From a virus, in IMG/VR virus record IMGVR_UViG_3300009009_000003, positions 26,377 through 90,376 of that record: a stretch of DNA of 64,000 nt. One strand, written 5' to 3'. Position numbers and translations under genes: made by a program. Under the pieces are notes generated by a model. That model was given only the letters and a program-made list of their open reading frames with translations. It was not told the DNA's origin and made no database searches. Positions within the stretch are counted from its first letter, which is position 1, and every line of letters starts with the position of its first letter. Below are positions 36,336 to 44,197 of the stretch, in pieces.

Positions 36336-36572
36336 TTAAAATCCTCCAATTGGCGTTATCTGTTCAGAGTAGGCCCAGTGGCCATTTTTTAGTGTAAACA
36401 ATACCCTGTTTTTTTCGACCTCAGAATATGGTACAATGTTTTGTCTGCGACCATATTTTTGTCTGGGGTATAGAGTTACTTCCATTTCTTCAATAATAGC
36501 TTCCTTAGGTGGATCTTCGCCAAATCCACCTCTCCACATTACTTTGTCTCCCACTTTTAGATACTTTTCCAT
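36336..36572 (-). CDS. Small SH3/KOW-like early protein
   Basis: LKVGDKVMW...NGHWAYSEQI. Confidence 0.55.
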   Translation of the reverse strand: MEKYLKVGDKVMWRGGFGEDPPKEAIIEEMEVTLYPRQKYGRRQNIVPYSEVEKNRVLFTLKNGHWAYSEQITPIGGF

Positions 36573-36657
36573 AGCTTTTCCTCCATTAAATTGTTTTTCT
36601 CAGACAATAAACCCACAAGTGTAACCACTTAATAATAAGTGGTTACCGTTTGTTGGT

Positions 36658-36954
36658 TTATTTGTTGAAAAATTCCAAAACCTCTTCTATTTTTACCATT
36701 TCTTCATCGAATGTCTCTTTGTAGACACTCCGTACTTTCTTGGAAACAAAAACCATTCCAAGAAGTATTCCAATCATTGCTTCTTTTGCGGTAATGTTTT
36801 TTTCTTTTGCTTGATCCCTTAATTCAGAAATTATAAATTCATCCAGTTTATTTTTGAAGTTTTCCGAAAAGTTAATAAATATCTCTTCACGGCTCTCTTC
36901 TCCATTAGTAAATGTAAACTGCCCACCATATACTGCCATTTTTCTTTCCTCCAT
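36658..36954 (-). CDS. Hypothetical acidic early protein
   Basis: TAATGGAGG motif at the 5' end; the true start may be the in-frame MAVYGG just downstream. Confidence 0.5.
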   Translation of the reverse strand: MEERKMAVYGGQFTFTNGEESREEIFINFSENFKNKLDEFIISELRDQAKEKNITAKEAMIGILLGMVFVSKKVRSVYKETFDEEMVKIEEVLEFFNK

Positions 36955-37172
36955 TAATTGTTTTCTAGTATTTTAAACATGATCTCCATTACCACTTTTG
37001 ATGCTCTATTTACGGAAAAGTAATCGTCCCAGAGATATTCCTGATTCTCTTTTCCAGCCTTGATTTCGTTTTGAAGCAAGTCCATCACACTGTTGAGTGT
37101 GTGGATGGTCTGCTTCATTCCATCCATCGTCATGCTACACCTCCATCCAAAAAAGGTTTTTGGTCTGTCCAT
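36954..37172 (-). CDS. Hypothetical early protein
   Basis: The annotated start codon lies inside a 15-bp inverted repeat. Confidence 0.45.
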   Translation of the reverse strand: MDRPKTFFGWRCSMTMDGMKQTIHTLNSVMDLLQNEIKAGKENQEYLWDDYFSVNRASKVVMEIMFKILENN

Positions 37173-37207
37173 CCTTATTGAATTAAAAGGATGGACAGAC
37201 CGATTAT

Positions 37208-37606
37208 TTACCAGTATAAATCTTGATAAGTTACATATTTACGGAATTGGACAAACCTGAACGTGGACATTTTCTCTCCGGTTTGTACATTTTCCACTAC
37301 TATTCTTTCGGTAGTGGAATAAATGCAATATAACGGATCCGCTTTTGGAGCACTAATTCTGGCAATGGACACAAAAGCTGCCACAAATCCACTTTCGCCC
37401 ATAACGTGAACCACCTCCCCTATTTCCCTTGCCTTGTCCACATATTCCTGGGCAAGCAAGTAAACCTCTTGGTCTGTTAATTTCGGATCTATCATGGGGA
37501 AAGGTAAATCTTGAACCCCATCCGGACACAACTCCTTTGCAGCGTCCATCTGCGCTTTACCCCATTTGCTACTTGGATGATTTGATAGATTCACCATCTT
37601 GTCCAT
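37208..37606 (-). CDS. Csx20-like small CRISPR-associated-family protein (candidate ring nuclease)
   Basis: NLSNHPSSKW..AQ, DLPFPMIDP, VHVMGE, YSTTER..VE, K.S.FRFVQFRKY; AAGGAGG RBS before ATG 37606. Confidence 0.55.
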   Translation of the reverse strand: MDKMVNLSNHPSSKWGKAQMDAAKELCPDGVQDLPFPMIDPKLTDQEVYLLAQEYVDKAREIGEVVHVMGESGFVAAFVSIARISAPKADPLYCIYSTTERIVVENVQTGEKMSTFRFVQFRKYVTYQDLYW

Positions 37607-37703
37607 AAAACCTCCTTTGGCCATTTGGCCGGTTACGCTCTACCGTTTTGGTATGAGCAAATAGAACTAATGATGGAGACCGTGGCCGGTCTCCATTTTA
37701 GTG

Positions 37704-38402
37704 CTACTTTAGTGCTCGCTGCCCATTCCCTCCGGACGACCCCGAAATGGGTCGACCGAGTGAAACGGATTTGCCATCTTCAAACCCTCTTTGCCATGCG
37801 TTATTGTCAATACGCATGGATGAAGCCCGCCCATGCGTTGTGTTTGGAAACAGGTTCTTATAGAACCTGTCCACCTGCAAGTTTCTGGCGAGAACCAAGT
37901 CCATCGATCCGCTTTCACGGATCACTTGGTCCTTATATCTTTTCATCTCATTCAGTCTTTTGTCTATAGTCTGGATGAAGCCACAAGCATAGCTCCATCC
38001 AGTATTCTTTTTCATACCCCATGCCTCCACTCCGATTTGCCTACGCAAATACCGAAAATAATATTCGGTAATTTGAACATCTTGATGGAATCCGCAAAAT
38101 GTAATGTGAACTCCATCAGCCCTGTTAATTGATTTGCATCCAAAATGTCTTGCAATCATGTGGGAAAGGGTCTTTTCCCACTTTTGATCCTGTCCGGAAA
38201 AGATGCATTTTATGGATAAGTCTTCTACCTCATCAATGGTTGTATCCTTTTGTCGGATATCAACCATCTCAATTTCGTATTTAGCCATTATCTCGCCTGC
38301 TCTTTGCATGGCTAGATTGGCTTCATACTCGTTTTGTGAAGACCCCAACTCAAGAAGTGCCTTCACCTTTTCCATTATTCTTTCCTTTTTCTGTGCATCC
38401 AT
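37704..38402 (-). CDS. DUF2786-domain protein
   Basis: KVKALLELG..QNEYEANLAMQRAGEIMAKY. Confidence 0.75.
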   Translation of the reverse strand: MDAQKKERIMEKVKALLELGSSQNEYEANLAMQRAGEIMAKYEIEMVDIRQKDTTIDEVEDLSIKCIFSGQDQKWEKTLSHMIARHFGCKSINRADGVHITFCGFHQDVQITEYYFRYLRRQIGVEAWGMKKNTGWSYACGFIQTIDKRLNEMKRYKDQVIRESGSMDLVLARNLQVDRFYKNLFPNTTHGRASSMRIDNNAWQRGFEDGKSVSLGRPISGSSGGNGQRALK

Positions 38403-38412
38403 TTTGCTCTCC

Positions 38413-38490
38413 TTACATTAAGATTATGGCAATCATTGTGATTACCATGTAAAGCATAACTGTTATAATGGTCAATTCGTTTTTTGTCAT
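38413..38490 (-). CDS. 25-aa hydrophobic peptide (not in the ORF track)
   Basis: MTKNELTIITVMLYMVITMIAIILM with AATGGAGG RBS. Confidence 0.4.
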   Translation of the reverse strand: MTKNELTIITVMLYMVITMIAIILM

Positions 38491-38716
38491 TCAGGCCTCC
38501 ATTTTACGGGTTTTTTGTTTTGTCTGGGATAATCTATAGAATCCCATATATAAGCTAGATCAGAATTTTTTTACCATTTTCAAGCGAGACCGTACAAAAT
38601 CGTCCATTTTCGTTTTTATCCACAATGGAGCGAAATGTTTGCTTGTTCTACCCTAAGTAATCTGTTGAAAAAAAATGGGCATACGGTTTTATGCGATTTG
38701 CCCAAGTCATAAAACC

Positions 38717-38754
38717 AAAAAAAAATGGCCATGAGAAAAAATCTCATGGCCATT
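38717..38754 (-). terminator. Intrinsic terminator
   Basis: 13-bp stem AATGGCCATGAGA/TCTCATGGCCATT plus an A run on +, just after the stop at 38759. Confidence 0.75.
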
Positions 38755-38758
38755 AAAT

Positions 38759-39109
38759 TTACTTCATCATCATTTTTAAAAGAGTCAATTGCATCCGGAT
38801 CGTCTGATTTACTGTCGCCCACTTCAGCTTTTCATTGCTATGAAGAATTTTTTTCACATGGGACTCAATTTCTTTTCCGGCCGGAATGCAATTAAGGTCA
38901 AGCAAATATCGAGCGATTACTTCACTCGACGTTGCTTGCTTGTCGCCAGCAGGTTCTGTAGCGAACCGGTTTTCGGTATATGTCCGACATTCGTTATGCA
39001 TTGTCGGGCGTTCGTCTACACAAGCAATGCATGCCGGATTCAACAAATTACAATTCCCGATTCTCTTGCACTCGATGCCGTACTTTTCCTTTAACTCTTC
39101 TTTCTTCAT
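38759..39109 (-). CDS. First leftward early gene, Cys-containing hypothetical protein
   Basis: Likely start MKKEELK after AAAGGT; CxxC in ACIAC. Confidence 0.5.
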   Translation of the reverse strand: MKKEELKEKYGIECKRIGNCNLLNPACIACVDERPTMHNECRTYTENRFATEPAGDKQATSSEVIARYLLDLNCIPAGKEIESHVKKILHSNEKLKWATVNQTIRMQLTLLKMMMK

Positions 39110-39155
39110 GTTGTACCTTTCTGTTATCAGATTAGAGCGGTCGTTATGACTCGCC

Positions 39156-39231
39156 CTTCTATATATAGGCAATCGGATTGCCTATATATAGAAGAGCACG
39201 ACCGGCTAGCTTAGTAGGCTAGCCGGTCGTG
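39156..39231. other. Two adjacent long inverted repeats
   Basis: 19-bp arms with a 1-nt spacer (39156-39194); 14-bp arms with a 7-nt loop (39197-39231). Confidence 0.9.
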
Positions 39232-40135
39232 AAGGTCGATGCATACTATATCTATATAGTCGCAGTTGATCGATGTCCGCATTACCTGGCTATCAGATTG
39301 CTATGGGTAGATTATCGGTTTTTTTCGATATCCCGATATCAGAATTTCGATATTACCCGATAATCGCAAGCTTTCCAATATGCTGGTGTCCATACTGCCC
39401 TTCGTCCGACAGTTTTTTACCGATTTTCTGCGACTATATTCTATTTTCAAAGAGCAATACACTACATGCCAGGAAAACGTCCATTATCGTATGTCTGCCG
39501 GTCTAACTCCCCGAATTCCCTGTTAATTTTTACGGATATCCGCAAAATCAACAAAAAATCAGACATTCTGTCTTGTTAGGACAGCTACAGGATCAACCTT
39601 GTTTTCCCGACAAGGGTTAAAAAAAACCTTCAAAGAGCAAAAAAAACATAAATACGAAGTATTTATCGGATACTTACTTCCAAAACTTTAGCTTTTTTTT
39701 TCAATTATTTTTCGAAGTAATTTCAAGGCCTTGTAAGACTTAATTCCTAATTATACTTTTATCTCACATTGGGATTATCCAAACTTTTGCTTTACGCATA
39801 CTTTGTATATCTTCAACTATTAGTAATACCCTTTTCACATAAGTACTTAATATATCAAGAGTTTTTCTTGATATTGCAATTGTCGTACCTTGTACAATAC
39901 TAATATAGCGATAAGCATTAATAACCCTATATACATTAAGTAATTCGGATAAGTAAGGATTATCAATGATTTACATTTCAGGAAACATGGGAATTGAGAA
40001 AAGACAGAAAAAACAGCTACTTACGATCAAGCAAACATAACACTAGTAATATGCTTTATCTATACATATAGGTGTACTATACATTGCCTTCTAATCTGTT
40101 GCCTGCTGATATAGTATAGGTTAGTTATGTATTGC

Positions 40136-40203
40136 TTTTGATTAACCCCGTATTTTGCTTAACCCTGTCTTTTGCTTAACCCCTTATTTTGATTAACCTA
40201 TGC
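40136..40203. repeat. 4 x 17-bp tandem repeat TTTTG(A/C)TTAACC...
   Basis: Units start at 40136, 40153, 40170, 40187. Confidence 0.85.
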
Positions 40204-40254
40204 ATTGCTTTTGCTTGTCGCCAGATAATGGATGGATTGTCGGAGTTAAGAACA

Positions 40255-40285
40255 TGTGGATAACCTGTGAAAAACCTGTGGATAA
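40255..40285 (-). promoter_or_regulatory. Three phased DnaA boxes
   Basis: TGTGGATAA (40255), TGTGAAAAA (40266), TGTGGATAA (40277); 11-bp period; TGTGGATAA is the reverse complement of TTATCCACA. Confidence 0.7.
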
Positions 40286-40628
40286 ATGGAACGAGATACC
40301 AATGGTTCATATAAAAACGAAAGTTTCCAAATGGGCCGTAAGTGCCTGAAATACCTATTTTTTTTACTTTTAGGTTACATAATAACTATTATCAGACGTT
40401 TCTATACGGTATGGGGGGAATGTGAAGGAAAATCAGGTACTTACCCCCCTCGAAAAATCTCCATCCATCAACTTTACCGGTGGACCACGGGACCCGAACG
40501 CAATTTTTTCTTTGAAAATGGTAATAGGCAATCAACTGGTGATTTACGTTCCTTTCCATTTTAGGAAGAGTAAATGTCTTGACAGGGATTATGTGGGTAT
40601 ACTATAGAATATACAGGAAGGAGTTTTT

Positions 40629-41264
40629 ATGGAAAACGAATTTGACCACGGAGATGGTGATAATTTTTTTTGTGGGGATTCTTCGGAGGATGGGTTTAGT
40701 GATACAGGGGAAGAGGGGGAGGGTAAATTAAGTGGGTATAGTAATCCTTTGGGGATGCCTTTGGGGTACAAGAAGAGGTTAGGGGACATAAGGGTATGGA
40801 AGGCAGACATAGGGGATGTAAAGGTAATAAGTTGGGATGCAATACCGCCTTGTAGGGGGGAGGTATGCAGTATATGGGGGATATGCAGTAAGAGGGGGAA
40901 GGAGGTAAGCAAGAGGCATTGTGGGGTAGTGCATGAATATTTAGGTAATGTAAACGAGATGATATTCAGGAATTATTACAATCAATTAACGGAGCCTATG
41001 TTATTCAAGATTGGGATGCATTTAATACCTTTATACAAGCAATTATGCAGGTTAAAGATAGAGGAGTTGGCGGTAGAGAATTTAGTTCACATAGTAAGTG
41101 GGAGGTATTTAATACATCCTATAATGAAGGAGATAAGGGAGACGGTAAAGGATATTGAGAAGGTGTGGAGCAGTTTAGGGTTAGAGGTGAGGGAGGGGGA
41201 CAGCAGGAGTGTAGAGGAGTACGAGAATGAAGTAGGGAGGATAGTGCGTGAGGCAGTTAGGTAG
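40629..41264 (+). CDS. Probable terminase small subunit
   Basis: First late gene, overlaps terL; HPIMKEIRE...WSSLGL C-terminal pattern. Confidence 0.5.
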   Translation: MENEFDHGDGDNFFCGDSSEDGFSDTGEEGEGKLSGYSNPLGMPLGYKKRLGDIRVWKADIGDVKVISWDAIPPCRGEVCSIWGICSKRGKEVSKRHCGVVHEYLGNVNEMIFRNYYNQLTEPMLFKIGMHLIPLYKQLCRLKIEELAVENLVHIVSGRYLIHPIMKEIRETVKDIEKVWSSLGLEVREGDSRSVEEYENEVGRIVREAVR

Positions 41265-44163
41265 TAATAGTAAGAGGAGTTCGATTGGTTTTTTAGGTAA
41301 GGGTGAGTACACAGGTGGGGCAGAGGGGATGATTCGGTGGTGTAACGAGAATGTATACATACCGATATACCGGCAAGGGGATGTAATACCGACTTGGTGC
41401 AAGATGGGGAATTTACCGAGTGGGGTAGTTACGAAGACGGGGAAGAGTTACGATAGTATTTGGGTAGAGCAGCAGAAGGTATTGAGGGAGGCATTGGTAT
41501 TAGATGAGAGTGGATTTTTCAAGAACAAGCTACTTGTATTTTGTTGGATGAGGGGTGAAGGCAAGTGTCAAGAAAAGGGAAGTAAGGTTTTGATGTTTGA
41601 TGGTAGTATAAAGAAGGTTGAAGACATAGTAATTGGGGATTTACTAATGGGGGATGATAATACTTCTAGGGAGGTATTGTCGTTAGTTAGTGGCAGAGAG
41701 GAGATGTTTGAAGTAGTTCCTTACAGAGGGGAATCTATGGTTGTTACAGCAGACCACAAGCTTTCCTTAAAGAGAAGAAGGCGAGGTTTGCACAAGAGAG
41801 GCAAACCGATTAATGATACTGAAGCTGGAAAAATTACTGATATAACGGTTAGGGATTTTCAGAAACAGAATAAATCTTTTAAGAATTTTAATTTATTGTA
41901 TAGAGTTCCGGTTAATTGGCCTGAACAGAAAGTGCCAATTGACCCCTACTTTTTGGGTTTGTGGTTAGGAGACGGTCACTCTCATGTTCCTTCAATAACT
42001 ACGATGGATAAGGAGATAGTTGATTATTTGTATTCTTTTGCAAGTAAAATGAATATGCAAATTACTGTTAAATGGAAAGGTAAAGGTAATAAAGCCAAAG
42101 AATATGCTCTTGTTACTGATAAAGGTAAAGGAAATCCGCTACTTAGCCTTTTAAGAGAAAACAATTTACTTCATAACAAACACATTCCAAAAGAATATAA
42201 AGCAAATTCAAGAGAAGTGAGATTGCAGGTTTTAGCAGGACTTGTAGATACTGACGGTTATAGAAACAGAAATTCCATTCAATTTACACTTAAAGACAAA
42301 CTGTTGTGTGATGATATTTTATTTTTGGCTAGGTCTTTAGGATTTCATGCAAATATTAAGAAATGTACAAAAGGGATAAAGAGTACAGGGTTTTCAGGGG
42401 AATATTATAGAATTGGTATTTCAGGGGATTGTTCCATTATCCCTTCTCTTATTCCGAGAAAGAAATGCCTTCCAAGAAGTAAGTGGAAGGATGTTCTTGT
42501 TACTACCATTAAAGAGATAAAGTCTGTAGGAGAACGGGAATACTTCGGCTTTATGTTAGATGGAAATGGCCGTTATGTTACAGGAGACTTTACAGTTACT
42601 CATAATTCTCTTCTAGCAGTACTTGTTCAGTTATGGAAGTTTTTTTGTTTTCCTCGTCAGCAGATAATGTTGGGGGCAAATTCGAAGGAGCAGACGAAGT
42701 TTGTACATTATGATATTATGAGGGATATTATATTAAACAGTCCTGAATTGCTATCGGCTTTAGGTGGGAAGAAGAACGTACAGGAGAAGGAGATCAGATT
42801 ACGGGATGACAGGGGGCGGATCACGTCAGTAATAAGGGCAATATCCTCTTTTTCCGGAATAAGGTCGAATATTACAGGGTACACATTCTCAGAAATCTTT
42901 GATATGAAAAATCCAAGGTTTTTCGTACAGTTAGATGGTTCATTGCGTAATATTCCTAATGCTTTGGGGGTAATTGATTCTACTGTATCGGACAAGCAGC
43001 ATGTATTGTACTCGTTATTTGTTGATAGTATCATAGAGAAGAAGACGAAGACGGTTTTTTTCAGTTATCGGTGTAGTAAGAACGCAGATCCTGGGGATTA
43101 TTGGAATCCTCACATGGATGGTGATCAGTTATCCGACTACAAGATCAAATTTCCGATGGGGGAATTTGAGAAGTATTTTCAAAACCTTTGGAGTGCAGGG
43201 ATTACGAGGGTATTTTCTGAGGAAGTGATTAGGGAGAAGGGGATAATGGGAATAAAGGGGGAAATATTGAACCATGAAAAGATTGCTGATGCTATAAGGT
43301 ATGAATCAAGATTAACAGACATAATATCTGGGATGGAAGAGAAAGAGCATGAATATGGTCTAAACCAAGCTAGGCCGAAGCTTGTAAATTTGAGGGATAG
43401 TTTAGTTCCGGTAAGCAATTTCTATAAGTTACAGAAATGGACACAGCATGATGGCACTAGGATGTGTTCTATGGCGGAGCTGAATATGTTGGGTGATTTG
43501 CTGGATACAGACTTTTGTATTTTAGCAGGAACGGACTTTGGTGATCCTGTTGCTGTTCGAACCTATGCACGAAGCATGGGGGTGGTTGTGGCTAAATGCT
43601 TACCAAGGTCTAGGAAAAACTTCTTTGTTTCCGATACCGCTCCTAACTATTTGTATTTACTTCTTTGTGTTGTTCATGCTGAGAAGAATAATTTGGGGGC
43701 GATTAAGGAAGCATTAGAGGAATGTAACAAGGAGTATGATGGGATTGATACCTTATGTTCGGAGAGGTTTGGTTCTTGGGATCTTTCCGAATGGTGTGAA
43801 GAGAGGGCAATAGAGTTTGATCCGATATTCCCTACTTATGATCGTCAGAGGGAAGGATTTAATAATTTATACAATATTTTTAAGTTTGGTTTGTTTAAAT
43901 CCCCTCCTACAGATTTACCTGGTAACAAGCGTTCAGATATATTAGATGAGGAATTAGAGGTGTTTGACCACGATTCCTCTAAGAGATGGTTTGGTTCCCC
44001 AGAGAAGTATGAGAAAAATGGGGCGCAGGATGATACAGTGTATGCTTTGAACTGGTGTATTTTTGGTGGAAGGAAGAAAAGCGTGAATGATTTTCGTATT
44101 AGAAGAAGTTCCGTTAGTTTTGGGGAAATTGTGGGGAATTCTAGCTTATTGGGGAGATATTAG
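41248..44163 (+). CDS. terL: Terminase large subunit containing an intein
   Basis: Walker A RGEGK|S split by the intein; GANSKEQ; C-terminal nuclease region GTDFGD...QDDTVYAL. Confidence 0.85.
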   Translation: MRQLGSNSKRSSIGFLGKGEYTGGAEGMIRWCNENVYIPIYRQGDVIPTWCKMGNLPSGVVTKTGKSYDSIWVEQQKVLREALVLDESGFFKNKLLVFCWMRGEGKCQEKGSKVLMFDGSIKKVEDIVIGDLLMGDDNTSREVLSLVSGREEMFEVVPYRGESMVVTADHKLSLKRRRRGLHKRGKPINDTEAGKITDITVRDFQKQNKSFKNFNLLYRVPVNWPEQKVPIDPYFLGLWLGDGHSHVPSITTMDKEIVDYLYSFASKMNMQITVKWKGKGNKAKEYALVTDKGKGNPLLSLLRENNLLHNKHIPKEYKANSREVRLQVLAGLVDTDGYRNRNSIQFTLKDKLLCDDILFLARSLGFHANIKKCTKGIKSTGFSGEYYRIGISGDCSIIPSLIPRKKCLPRSKWKDVLVTTIKEIKSVGEREYFGFMLDGNGRYVTGDFTVTHNSLLAVLVQLWKFFCFPRQQIMLGANSKEQTKFVHYDIMRDIILNSPELLSALGGKKNVQEKEIRLRDDRGRITSVIRAISSFSGIRSNITGYTFSEIFDMKNPRFFVQLDGSLRNIPNALGVIDSTVSDKQHVLYSLFVDSIIEKKTKTVFFSYRCSKNADPGDYWNPHMDGDQLSDYKIKFPMGEFEKYFQNLWSAGITRVFSEEVIREKGIMGIKGEILNHEKIADAIRYESRLTDIISGMEEKEHEYGLNQARPKLVNLRDSLVPVSNFYKLQKWTQHDGTRMCSMAELNMLGDLLDTDFCILAGTDFGDPVAVRTYARSMGVVVAKCLPRSRKNFFVSDTAPNYLYLLLCVVHAEKNNLGAIKEALEECNKEYDGIDTLCSERFGSWDLSEWCEERAIEFDPIFPTYDRQREGFNNLYNIFKFGLFKSPPTDLPGNKRSDILDEELEVFDHDSSKRWFGSPEKYEKNGAQDDTVYALNWCIFGGRKKSVNDFRIRRSSVSFGEIVGNSSLLGRY
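41566..42606 (+). mobile_element. 347-aa intein with LAGLIDADG homing endonuclease
   Basis: Starts CQEKGSKVLMFDG; VTADHKL block B; PYFLGLWLGDG and LAGLVDTDG; ends VTHN followed by Ser. Confidence 0.93.
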
Positions 44164-44197
44164 AATAAATTGCTTGACACAAGTGTTTAAAAATACT

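Noticed and set aside
39156-39194. Protelomerase (telRL-like) site
   Set aside because: The palindrome has an unpaired central base and no protelomerase gene was recognised; it cannot be fully excluded outside the window
39453-39471. Sigma54 promoter on the - strand (TGGCAT...TTGCT)
   Set aside because: The GG-to-GC spacing is 13 nt rather than the required 10
39273-40607. ORFs 39273..39506, 40286..40564 and 40422..40607
   Set aside because: No convincing RBS, atypical composition, and overlap with structural or regulatory elements; likely non-coding
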